64,000 bases of DNA from Octopus sinensis (Eukaryota). A program made the translations under genes and the position numbers. The stretch is taken from the NCBI RefSeq assembly GCF_006345805.1, contig NC_043001.1, forward strand, positions 59,644,001-59,708,000, read 5' to 3'. Within the stretch, counting starts at the first letter, position 1. Each line of letters starts with the position of its first letter. The notes under the pieces are model-generated. The model did not search any database and had not been told where the DNA came from. It saw only the letters and a program-made list of their open reading frames with translations. Positions 12,431 through 24,936 of the stretch are shown here, piece by piece.

Positions 12431-12869
12431 CTCATGTATGAAATTTGTAGAACCGAAAAAAAAAAATGTTTGCGAATGTTTTATAAGAATAATTTATTGT
12501 ATATTACTTAACATTAAGGTTTTTAATGAGTATAAGATTTTATATATGAGTATAAAATGTTATTTAGATGAGAAGCCAGGGAACAGAAGAAAGAAGACAT
12601 GCACCCAACACCAGAGCTGAAAACACCTCCGAAAGGAGGGCCCCGCCACGTCAGAACAGTAGAGGAGCCGAAAACGGACGTGGTTCCTCTTGATGATATC
12701 GGGAGCAAACTGGATCCTATAAAGGAGCTGTTGTGGTAGCAGACTACGAAACACGATTGTAATGTTTTTATTAAATAAATAAATAAATTAATTAATAATT
12801 TAATTTAATGTATATAGTTTAAATTATAGTATTTAGTTTTCACTTAATGTGTATTTTGCATCATATATA

Positions 12870-12942
<73 letters not shown>

Positions 12943-13083
12943 ATATTTGTTTTAAATATTTTAATTAATTGTATCTTATTTTTTAACAAGAATATATTTG
13001 TTAAGATATTTCGTATTTTACAAGATTATTTACGTATATTTATTAATTTATCTAATTAATTATTTTATTATTGTTGTTATCTT

Positions 13084-13187
13084 TAACCTGAAGAGTGGCT
13101 ATATTTTTATTGGAGTGATTATACTACTACTACTATTATTTTTACTATTATCATTTCTTAAATATATCCACGAAACATGTGTCGTTA
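13084..13187 (+). ncRNA. Type I hammerhead ribozyme with intact core
   Basis: Stem I UAAC/GUUA; core CUGAAGA (13088-13094); stem II GUGGcUAUAUUU/AAAUAUAuCCAC; GAAA (13172-13175); stem III AC-AUGU-GU; cleavage triplet GUC, after 13183. Confidence 0.8.
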
Positions 13188-13422
13188 TTCTACCAAATAT
13201 ATCCTTTTTATTTATTATTTTGCACATTACCTCATCATTGTTATACGTTTTGTCTTATATTTAATCCTTCTTTAACGTGTAATTTTTCTAAATGGTATAA
13301 TTTAATTTTTCATTATTGAATTGATAAAAGGTGTTTTTTCCTAATTTATATATATATATGTGTGTGTGTGTGTATGTGTATGTGTGTGTGTGTGTGCGCG
13401 CGCCTCTGTGTGTGTGTTTGTT

Positions 13423-13486
<64 letters not shown>

Positions 13487-13639
13487 TGTGTGTGTGTGTG
13501 TGTTAGGGGAAGTAAGAAGAAAAATAAGCGAAAATGCACACTTTGGAAATCAAGAAAAGTAAAGGCCTTTTTTGAAAAGTAACGATAGATATATACAATT
13601 AGATGAACTGGGGTAAGAATAAAAATAATAAAAGTCATT

Positions 13640-14050
13640 ATTGTGAATTATTAGAGATTCAAAAGCAAATTCCTCCATTGATTGTGAGATGATGGGGGAA
13701 GATTGGTAGGTATTGGTTCCCAAAAGTTTAGGTTAGTCTGGAGGTTTCGATGGAATCTTTGATTTGTATTTAAGATGCCTTGAGCATTACGTCCAGATTT
13801 TCTATTGTGGGTTGAATTCCTGATTGTTGTTTGAAAGTTATTTTGGGGTGTAAAGGTCAGGTCGATTGAGTTGCGTCGCGTAGATCATCTGTGGGTTGTG
13901 TTAGATAAGCGCGGTGTCATTTCTGCGTTTGTTTTTGGTTTATTTTTCTTCAGGAAGGGGTTATCCGATGCATTTTCTATGTTGAACTGTGTTTCGTAGT
14001 TAATAAAGAAATTGATTTGTCTTCGCTGGGAAAGTATATGTATTTGACTT
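13640..14050 (-). pseudogene. Remnant of a Penelope-like N-terminal ORF region
   Basis: NFFINYETQFNIENASDNPFLK (about 14010-13945) aligns with SWFANYETEFKNEHRSSNPYFK of the element at about 40630-40565. Confidence 0.55.
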
Positions 14051-14282
14051 TACCACCTAACAGTGAAATGCACTGTTATTGAAAGTTACAACGACTAGGT
14101 TTCATTAGAAACTGAAAATTGTTTCACACTTTCAATTCCAACCAAAGTCACAGTGTTCGATTACGAGACTGATGATGTGTGAATAATGAAAGTAATGTTT
14201 CTCCGAATTAGTCAAATCTGTATTATAATAAAGAAAGTCACTTATGCTATCTTTCGTTTTGACTTGCAGAGCTGTCATCTGC

Positions 14283-14752
14283 GTTTGTTAATTTCCGTAA
14301 ACATTTTTTTATTTATTTACTTTTGTTTTAAAGTGAAACAGAGAAGAAAATGAAAGATGTATGTACGTGTATATGAAATGGACGTGTGAGAGAGAGAGAG
14401 AGGGAGAGAGATGGAGAGGAAGAGAGAAAGAAAAGGAAGAGAGAGAGGAAGGGAGCATGAGAGAAAGTGAGGAAGGGAGAAAGAGAGAGAAATGGTGTGT
14501 TGTGTTGTATACGTACATACATCAATACATATGCATACATCTTTTTTACCTGTGCGTATGTGTGAGAGAGATAGAGAGTGAGTGAACGTGTATGATCTCA
14601 TGTATGTGTAAGTGGCACTGACTTACCCACACTTTCTCTCGCTCACCCCCCACACGTCTATTTCATATACACGTTCATACATTTTTCCCTTTCTCATCTT
14701 CACTTTAAAACAACAGTAAATAAATAAAAAAACTTTTACAGAAATTAACGAA
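14283..14752. repeat. Imperfect inverted repeat (foldback), arms about 105 bp
   Basis: 14283-14390 aligns with the reverse complement of 14651-14752, for example ...AAAAAAATGTTTACGGAAATTAACAAAC versus ...AAAAAAACTTTTACAGAAATTAACGAAC. Confidence 0.8.
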
Positions 14753-15241
14753 CAAAACAGCTGATCCGGATGACAGTTCGTCGACACCTTTGAGAGTTAT
14801 AACGAAACACAGCCGCTGCTTATTATCTATCAACCAAATAAACTATGTATTTTACAAATAAAACAACTTCGGCAACTACGGTAGTCGCACAATTTTGAGG
14901 TCATTTTCGGACATATTTCAATTTGCTTCTAATGTTTCCCGTTTGTTCGATGTTTCACGCATGCGTAGAATTCTGCTCGGACAAACATTTATGAAAATCA
15001 CAAATATTGTATTAAAATTAGCCGCAACCAAAAAAATTGCTTTAAAATACACCCATTTCTCTATATGATATGAGGATATACAGTCACTCTCTCTCATGCA
15101 CAAAAAGATATATGCATACGTATTTATGGGCGAAGGTAAAGAATACGCCCACCAGGTGTTTAGGGGTTAAGCCAAAAACTAATGGTGTACGTATTCTTTA
15201 CCTCTGCCTATTTTTGTACGTGTATATGTGTTTGTGTAGAA

Positions 15242-15272
<31 letters not shown>

Positions 15273-15640
15273 CGAGTGAGTGACATTTACACATATATGC
15301 ATAAAAATTCATATATCACAACACACCTTCACACACTCACTCATTCACTCATTCACTCACTCACTCACTCTGTAACTCACTCTCTTTCTCTCACACACAC
15401 ATATACGCACGCACTCGTCCATTTCATATACAAGTACATCTTTCACTTTCTCTTCACTTTTACATTCTCCTCTCAATTTAAAGCAAATGTCGCTTTTTCA
15501 CTTTATGCGCCCTTTCAATTTCTGCTCTCTTCAAAGCATAATGAAATTAAAAGAAGTTTAAGGAAATTAACGAACTATCATATGATCCATTGAAAACTTT
15601 GCTTCTTCAAACGAAAGAATGCCATAAAATAACTTCCTTT

Positions 15641-15711
<71 letters not shown>

Positions 15712-16650
15712 TGTAAAACTTCTGTCCGAATTATGTTATTTCTTGCAGTGTGTCGAGGAAAATTAAAGCTCAAATCCAATTGAAATGATCTTTTTCTTTT
15801 GTGTAATTTGTATTTGTGATGAACGTATTTAAAAACCTGATTTTCGATATAAAAGAAAGTTTTCCCAGAAACCCTGTCCTTTACTTCTTCTTTCTAGCAT
15901 GTCTGAAGTGACGTTTCTACTCCCTCCTTTATTCTTTTCATGAATTTCTCCCGATTCCTATGTTTGCGATACGGGACATTAGACATTCACACACAAAACA
16001 AGTTCTCAATATTTTAATTTTTTCCCCCTCCACGCCAAATTCATTTTTTACACTTTCCAAATATTGTTTTCCTAGTAATCCATGGAGAAAAAACAGCACC
16101 TACGAATTATATCACCCATTATCTCATCACTTTCAAAAAGCTTACACACTTCCAGTGTTTCACTTTTAGCTTTTTAGTTAAGCAGAGATGTTTACCTGTT
16201 GTTTCTAGCATGTCAGGTTTTCTTGTGATGGTCTGTTATTTTTTAAGCTTGTTATTTCAGTAGAACTGTACGCATGCGGGAAACATCAGACAAAAGTGAA
16301 AGCGAGTAAGTGATGGCTTGGCGAGGTGGGGAATTTCTGTATTTTTCTACGTAGATAAAAAAGAGTTACAAATTAAGAAATTGCGGTGAGGATGGGGATA
16401 AATTGATATTTTGAAAACGTGATTTCTGGACAAAATTGTGTTAAGCCCCTTTTATACGATGAAACAATACATAATTTGTGATCCTTCTAAAGAACAGAAA
16501 GTACGTTCATGCAAACCCATGCAAATTGTACCCCACCCCTTCACTTTTAAACAAAAAATAACTTCCATTATGCCATTAACTATATATCAAAGGTGCCGAT
16601 TCTGGCCATAAGAAAGGATCAAATAATACAATGTGCCTGCAGGTCATAAC

Positions 16651-16679
16651 ATCCGGGCAACGCCGGGATGCATTGCTAC
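16651..16679 (+). mobile_element. Orphan Helitron-type 3' terminus
   Basis: CCGGGCAACGCCGGG hairpin followed by CTAC|T, a CTRR variant. No matching 5' end found. Confidence 0.55.
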
Positions 16680-16945
16680 TTTTTAATAATTTTTACCCTT
16701 TGTGTGTATATATATACACACACGCACACACACAACGACCCATCGCCATATCGCAGTTCACCTATCGCGGTTTATTATTTAAACTGACGTCGATCCCTCC
16801 GTGTTGTTTTGCATTTAAGATAAAATAAATATATACAAATTATAAAAATACTAAAAATATATACAGTGTAGTACTTTTTAGATTTCGCGAATTCTCCCCA
16901 TTCGCGTGGGGTTTTGGAACGTTACACCCACGGTAGGTGAGTGGT

Positions 16946-16980
<35 letters not shown>

Positions 16981-17059
16981 AAGAAAAAGTGAAATATTGC
17001 AATATAGTAGTATTACCAGGAAAACAAAGTACCATAAGGTTAAAGTATAAAGTATAAAT

Positions 17060-17155
17060 TAGTGGAACAACAATACACTAGAAATAGCAGTCGATAATAT
17101 ACGACGCTATAGTAAAGTTTCACAGTGTGTAAACAAATATATATATATATATATA

Positions 17156-17252
<97 letters not shown>

Positions 17253-17544
17253 TATGGGGAAGATATTTCTGGGTGGCGAATTTTTGCCTATGTGAATCTA
17301 GCCGAAGAGAACTAATCAATTTACGTTGACAAACGTAATTTAGAAAGTTCGAAACCTTGGCCCTAGATCATCCACATGTGGGTTGTACATTTACTTAATC
17401 TACTACCTACAGGTGAAATGAAATTTTTTCATGTGCGCCACCCAGAAGCATATTTGCCAGTATATATACAGTGAAGCATTACTATAGCGTCTTATAATAT
17501 CGACCGCTATTTCCAGTAAATTTTTGTGTATTGTTGTACCACTA
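17060..17544. mobile_element. MITE/foldback-like element with nested inverted repeats
   Basis: Arms 17060-17132 and 17466-17544 (GAAATAGCAGTCGATAATATACGACGCTATAGTAA versus its near reverse complement). Inner perfect 12-bp IR TTCTGGGTGGCG (17267) / CGCCACCCAGAA (17436). Confidence 0.75.
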
Positions 17545-17858
17545 TTCTATATTTATGTGTGTGTATGCGCGTGTGTGTTGGTGTATATTTTCTTTATGTA
17601 TTTCTTTTGCAACATCTTTCCCATATACATAGATTGAGAGAGAGAGAGAGAGAAATAGATAGATAGATAGATATTTCTAATCTATATTTGTGGTGTCCTG
17701 TACTCATATATGCATGTATATATACATATAGATGTATGTATGTACATATATGTATGCATATGTTTTATTTATTAAATTGTTTTATTATATATATATATAT
17801 ATATTGCCCCTTGTGGGCATGTATAATATAGCCTCTTATATACATCATACATATATAT

Positions 17859-17903
<45 letters not shown>

Positions 17904-17934
17904 ATAATATATATATATATATAGATATATATAT

Positions 17935-17975
<41 letters not shown>

Positions 17976-18182
17976 TATATTAGCCCCTGGCGGGCAGTAA
18001 AGAAATATATATATTGTATATTATATATAAGAATGCAAAAAATGGGACAAGCGCATGCAACAGGAGACAACAAAGCTTCCAGACAGTTAGATGATACAAA
18101 AAGGGACAAGAAATAACAAGGACGGGTTATTCGGAGTTTTCTTTCGTCAGTCAAGTTCCAGATTGTCTTTACCCGAACGTGT

Positions 18183-18693
<511 letters not shown>

Positions 18694-18708
18694 ATATATA
18701 TATATGTA

Positions 18709-18773
<65 letters not shown>

Positions 18774-19779
18774 TAAGTATATATATATATATATATATGT
18801 ACATATGTACGTATGTATGTTGTGTGCTTGTTTGTGTGTATAGGGCGCGTGAGTTATGTAGATGTGTATGCACACATTCATAAATATATACATATACATA
18901 CACACACACACATACACACACATATATATGTATATACATAGTGTCTGTGCATACGTACGTATCTATATCATTTTATATGTGCTTTTGTCTGTGTGTTTGT
19001 GTATGCATTCAAGCTCTGATTCACTAAATATCAGAGGCAAAGTAATAACACTGTCATGGGAACAATTCACAAAAATAGTAAATATCCGTGCAATAGTATC
19101 AAAAAGAACAAAAATTATATATTTTGCTTGAAATTCAGTGCCTATTTCTCCTCTGTTTCTCCCTCTCTTTCTCTCTTAATATCTTACTTTCACTAAGAGA
19201 GACAGAGAAGAACATAAAAAATAGATATAGTAGGTGAGATAGAGGGTAAGAGAGAACAAACGTAACTTATTCAGCCAGCAGCATTATGGTTCATTTATGC
19301 TTCACTGAATCTAGTGTTATAGTCCCAACCATTCCTATCATTGAAATAAAATAAACCCCAATAGTAATACAGAAAACTCCAATGGTAACACCCCATTTAA
19401 ATATCTGATTTCATCATTGATTTTCAATGCTGAACAAAATGAAAAACTAACAAAATACCTCAAAGACACACGCACACACAAATACAAACAGATTCATATA
19501 TAAGCAAAAATATGCACAACTATGTACACTCTCATGCATAAATATGGAGTAACACAAATATATCTATATATGTATATGATTGTCAGCGTCCATGTATATG
19601 TGTGTGTTCTTGTGTGTGTATGAAGATCATATGCATTCAGACATATATTTATGCAAGAATCTATGCTTGTGTGCAGAAATATGTGCGCGCGTGTATACAT
19701 GTGTGCATGCATTTAGCATGTATTATCTTTGTGTGAGTAAATATATATGATTACATATATCTTGCACACACACGTATAA

Positions 19780-19810
<31 letters not shown>

Positions 19811-20577
19811 TACATATGAAAGAGAAAGAATATATAAATATCACAGTTTCCGTACGTACGTATGCTTGTGGATGTGCAGTTTAGATGTCTGCTTGTGTAT
19901 GTGTTCTGTCCCATAAATTCTTTCTCAACGTTTCCATTGGAACATTCCAATATCGGGGGAAAAAAATAAATAAAATAATACATCAACCGCCAAAACACAA
20001 AAAAGAACACGAAACAATCTACAAAAAGGCAGTGAAAGTTAGGAATGAATAAAGATTATGAAAAAAAATAACTGAAAAATAAATTAAGAATATGTTATGT
20101 GTGCCGTCTATTGTCATATATCTCTTTTCTCTAGAAATCAATAGCAGTCAAAGAAAATTATATTCGGCTGCAGAATATATTTTTGCTAGTGTGTTTCATA
20201 GTTTTCATTTTTCTGGTAAACTCCATACAGTTTTTTCCTGATAGGTTCATCCTTATATTTCAGAGAAGAGCAAATAAGAAGAGTTACATTTTTATGTATT
20301 TGCAATGAATAGGAGAGTCTGTAAGTGAATTGGAATAGAGTCAATCTTTCATTCAAGCCTGCCGTTGTCTCGGATTTCTGAACAGTTCACTACACTTCTG
20401 GTAATAGATAATGTCTTCTTTTTATGAACCAACAAAAAAATTATTCATATATCTTCAGTTTTGCAATGTATTTACGTCCTACAACGGATTTTTGGCAGTC
20501 TGCGACGAGTTTCTGTAGTATTTGAAAAGCGTACTGGGATTCTTTAACGTACCGTGAATCATTCTATTCTTTATGCT

Positions 20578-20617
<40 letters not shown>

Positions 20618-20661
20618 CGTGTGCGTGGGGTGTGTTTAAGTTTGGATTTTTGATTGACTGC

Positions 20662-20970
20662 CTATATATCTACGACCAGATGATAAATACTGATGAGGAT
20701 GGATAATTCATGGGCTGAAATTACTGAGAGGAAAAATTGGGATAGTGTGGTTAGGGTAGAGAAGAAGTGCAATATACCTGCATTAATAGTAACGTCAGAA
20801 TGGTAGATGTTTGAGTCAGGGATACTGGGGTTTCGGAGTGATGATGGCAATCGCGGTGTCATGCATATTTCTGTAACATACGAAATACCATCATTACTTT
20901 TAATAAGAGCTACTAATTTGTCAACAAACAACAAGTAGTTGAACAATATATATTTCGACCAAAACAGCAA
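20662..20970 (-). pseudogene. Decayed APE endonuclease fragment of a CR1-like LINE
   Basis: ISYVTEICMTPRLPSSLRNPSIPDSNIYHSD resembles the family pattern IxxxTETWL...IPGYxxxRxDR. Confidence 0.4.
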
Positions 20971-21031
20971 TAAACAGAATCCACAAAAGTTAACATCGAA
21001 ATTTATTAGCGCAAAATGCCAACAATGAAAA

Positions 21032-21186
21032 GAGGTGGCTGTGTGGTAAGTAGCTTGGTTACAAACTGCATGGTTCCGGGTTCAGTCCCATTACGTGTCA
21101 CCTTGGGCAAGTGTCTTCTACTATAGCCTCGGGCCGACCAAAGTCTTGTGAGTGGATTTGGTAGACGGAAACTGAGAGAAGCCCGT

Positions 21187-21230
<44 letters not shown>

Positions 21231-21440
21231 CATGTGTGTGCGTGTGTGTATGTATGCTTGTGTGTGTGTTTGTCCCCCCACTATCGCTTGACAACCAATA
21301 TTGGTGTGTTTACGTCCCCATTACTTAACAGTTCGGCAAAAGTGACTGATAGAATAAATGCTGGAGACGATTTGCTCGACTGAATGCGCTGTTCCAGCAT
21401 GGCAGCAGTCAAGATGACTGAAACAAATAAAAGAAGAAAA
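21032..21440 (+). mobile_element. SINE family A
   Basis: GGTGGCTGTGTGGTAAGTAGC...GGGTTCAGTCCC head, internal microsatellite and family tail. Confidence 0.88.
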
Positions 21441-21759
21441 TAATAACGGAATAACTCCAGTGTTAATAGGTTTGCTCCACATTAACGTAGTTTCCAGATT
21501 CAATGCAAGTATCTTGAGCAGTGGGATTCGGCAGAATGAAACTGAGCAGAACTAGTTTATATGTATATATATATATTTTCCTGGATTTACTCAATAGTTA
21601 CGTATGTGCTTATGTGTGTATACATGCTTTTATGCACGAATCAATGAACATACGTATACCTATACATATGCATGTATAAATGCATACATAGTTGCAGGCA
21701 TGGATGTTATTGCATATGTAGATATGTCTGATTCTACTTATCTAAGTTCACACAAATAG

Positions 21760-22300
21760 TTGCAAGTCTATATGTGTGTATATGTATTACTCGAATATGA
21801 TACATATTGTAGGAGAGCGTTTGATGACTTTTTGCGGTATTCTCTTGATTTGGTGCGCTCCTTTTATTGTGACTGAGGAAGATTGTCGCATATCCGTATA
21901 CTCCAATAATTATAGGTAGAAATCTAAAGCTATGGTACGTATATGGGCAACTGATTTCATATATTTTCTCTATCACCTTTCATTTATATCTCATCTGTTC
22001 TGCTAGTATTTTCTTATGATCTTGACCGAAACGTTCCATCAGTATTCTTTCGTGTCATGAGCGATTATGTCATCCATATTATCACTATAGCTTCTATTTG
22101 CATCCTCAGAATTTTCTTTTCAATGTATTTTATTATATAATATTCAAACTGCGACGTTATGTCTTATGGATAGGTCATATCATGATGACATTATAGGACA
22201 ATGACTTATCATGAGGGTGATATCATCAGAGTTAATTCCACAAAATCTGTATCAGTTATCATATCTAAGTATTTTATCTGCGTCTTTCTCTTTTTATTGC
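21760..22300 (-). pseudogene. Decayed REL-endonuclease non-LTR retrotransposon 3' region, distinct from the Dong copies
   Basis: Minus strand reads YRFCGINSDDITLMISHCPIMSS*YDLSIRHNVAV (decayed CCHC knuckle plus RHN), then EISCPY and PIIIGVYG. Confidence 0.65.
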
Positions 22301-23008
22301 ATCAGGTAATTTATTGTTATTTACTGTTCCTATATTACAAAAGCATGACCGTGTTTTTGCTACTGTCACATTGAACCTGTCTGACTATATAGATATGAAT
22401 GAAATTTTCTTAATATGTATACGTGTTATATATACTGATGACCTGCTTTTGTAACGTTATGTGAATTTTCTGGGTGTATGTCAATCTGGGATCATTTTGA
22501 GCTTTTATAATAAAATTTATTTCATGTATGGTCGAACTTCGACATTTGGAGGTTAGCATAAGTTTTTAATCGAGTTTGATGCAACATTTAGATTTTCCTT
22601 GAATCGATGTTGTGCCTTTCCGCTTTGTTTTCGAGTTTAGTAGATGTGGTTTCCATCGTTGTTGATTTGCAGATTTCTGGTATGATTTAACAACTTTCTG
22701 GTTTTAACTTCAGCGAATCCCATCTAACATCTAATCAAGTAGCACAAACGTTGGTAATATATGTTTATACATGTATGTCATTGTGTTAATATATATGTTC
22801 GTACATCCATACATCCGTACCTAAGCACGAATGTATGTATGTATTTCTCTATGAGCGGTGGTGCGTAAATACTTTCCATTGTGTCACTCGACACCAAAAA
22901 TACTGAGAGAGAGAGAGAGAGTGATAAGACGTAGGAAATGTCAAAACGACGAAACTATTGTGTAGTAATTGCTATGGACTGAACAATTGAAATATCCTTT
23001 AAAATTAA

Positions 23009-23036
23009 CTAGCAGAACACCCGGCCTTGATCGGGA
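23009..23036 (-). mobile_element. Orphan Helitron-type 3' terminus
   Basis: Reverse complement CCCGATCAAGGCCGGGTGTTCTGCTAG|T, i.e. hairpin plus CTAG. Confidence 0.55.
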
Positions 23037-23054
23037 TTAAAATGGCATAGATTT

Positions 23055-23345
23055 TATTGTTTTATTTGTTTCAGTCATGTGACAGCGGCCATGCTGGAGC
23101 ATCACCGTTGGTCGAAGAAATCAACCACAGGATATATTCTTTGTAAGCCTAGTATTCATTCTATCAGTGTCTTTTACCAAACCGCTAAGTTACGGGAATG
23201 TAAACACAGCAACACCAGTTTTCAAGCAATGGTTGGGGTACAAACAGAAGACAGGCACACACATACACATATATATGACAGTCTTCTTTAGAGTTTCCCA
23301 GTACGAAATCCACTCACAAGGTTTTTGTCGGCCTGAGGCTATAAT
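23055..23345 (-). mobile_element. SINE family A, headless copy
   Basis: TTTGTTTCAGTCATGTGACAGCGGCCATGCTGGAGCA tail and body to CCACTCACAAGG. Confidence 0.8.
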
Positions 23346-23347
23346 AA

Positions 23348-23403
<56 letters not shown>

Positions 23404-23815
23404 TAATATATATATAGTATATAAGTGGAGGGGCAGGCAACAAGTTGCCTTGCCGCATACCGAAAGAATTAGAAATAGCAGTCAACGACTGTTTTCTACA
23501 AGTGGGGCTCCATATACGACGTAACCCTGCAATTCACATATGCAAAAAATGAGGAATAAATAAACGAAAGCATTGCCTTACCGTTAATAGCGAACATGTT
23601 TCTAGATCGGAGGTGTCTTTCTTCAGCACTATCTTCGTTAGATTTATCAAATGCCACCCACCTCCACCTTTGACCATGCGACATCAAATGATGGGAGAAA
23701 GTGAGCATAGGCTAAATCTATGTAGACGATTGAATCTGTAAATTTCCCTCCAAAATTCTGTCATGCGCACTACAGGGATAGTCGTAAGGGAGTGAAGATT
23801 CCAAATGGTAATATG

Positions 23816-23988
23816 ATAATAGGGGTAAGTAATTACTTCGATGGTCTGCCCCTCCACTTATATACTATATACTATATATACAGAACTTCACAGAAGTTCC
23901 CGACGCTAAAAGTCATATTTACATACCGAAATCTACCGGTAAATAATTGTTGGTTGTCTGAAAAACCATCGAAGTAATTATTTACCTC

Positions 23989-23994
<6 letters not shown>
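23816..23994. mobile_element. Small MITE-like element with 30-bp TIRs
   Basis: ATAATAGGGGTAAGTAATTACTTCGATGGT (23816-23845) versus ACCATCGAAGTAATTATTTACCTCTATTAT (23965-23994), two mismatches, abutting (TA)n. Confidence 0.7.
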
Positions 23995-24054
<60 letters not shown>

Positions 24055-24057
<3 letters not shown>

Positions 24058-24936
24058 GCTGACATACACGGTTATTCCCAGGAAAGCGGGCTTATCTCTT
24101 GGTTCCGTTCTCATAATTGTTTCACTAATCCAGTAACATCAATAAAAAGTATGTAGCCCTTAAAACAGTTTTTGTGCATTTATTGAGAATACCGAACTGT
24201 GTTACAAAGGATCTTGTTTTTAGAAATTCCCAATAAGTTATGAATACCCAAGTTGTGAAGTCAGTTATGTAATAACATGAAATTAATTACCCTATTGTAA
24301 GTATTCAAATACAGTAGCCCCGAAAAGGGCTTTAATACATTCCTAGAGTATATAGATTTTAGGAGGAAACACTAATAAGTTATGTATACTAAAATCGTGA
24401 AACATGTTACGTAATATGAGATAATAACAATTCAAAGTAATTAACTGTGAAATAAAGCTTTTGTACGTTCCCAGAGAATATTGCCCTCAGCAGCGCTAGT
24501 GCTGGTATATTCGTGAATAAGTCACTAACCGAAATAAGTGGATCTATTTTTTTGGGGAATACTATTTACTTGTTTAAGCGTTGTATTGGATAAATTGAGA
24601 AAAAAACTAAAATAGTTCAAATAATAAGAAATAAGCATACAGAAAATGAATGGGTTATATCCTTTGGTGGTTATTTCCAGGAGGGAATGGGTTATTTCCC
24701 CTAGAAGCTTAAAAATTTTACTCTCACCGTTCACTTACACCCAAATGTTATTCCTTACGCCGTTTACCCGAACATTTTTTCGAAATCAATTCATACTTCA
24801 AACCTTCTCAGACACATAAGCAATGTGCGTCTGAAGTTTAAGAAAAATCGGTCGAGCCGTTTTGGTTGAAAACGAGAATATACCAATACACTCACACACA
24901 CACACACACACATATTTTCAGTTTTACTATGTAAGA
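24055..24936 (-). mobile_element. Non-autonomous Helitron
   Basis: Minus strand starts A|TCTTACATAGTAAAACTG, followed by a (TG)n tract, and ends with a degenerate hairpin CCTGGGAATAACCG then CTAC|T. A|T insertion site. The 5' motif resembles that at 41443. Confidence 0.65.

Noticed and set aside
14164-14205. CTGATGA...GAAA hammerhead-like motif
   Set aside because: No credible stem II or stem III.
16260-16304. 45-nt plus-strand exon candidate (TTTCAG| ... |GTAAGT)
   Set aside because: The sequence is one arm of an inverted repeat pair (partner at about 14945-14975), so it is more simply explained as repeat-derived.
18040-18170. CTGACGA-containing repeat fragment on the minus strand
   Set aside because: GAAA is replaced and stem I cannot be formed; probably a repeat fragment, but not supportable as a ribozyme.
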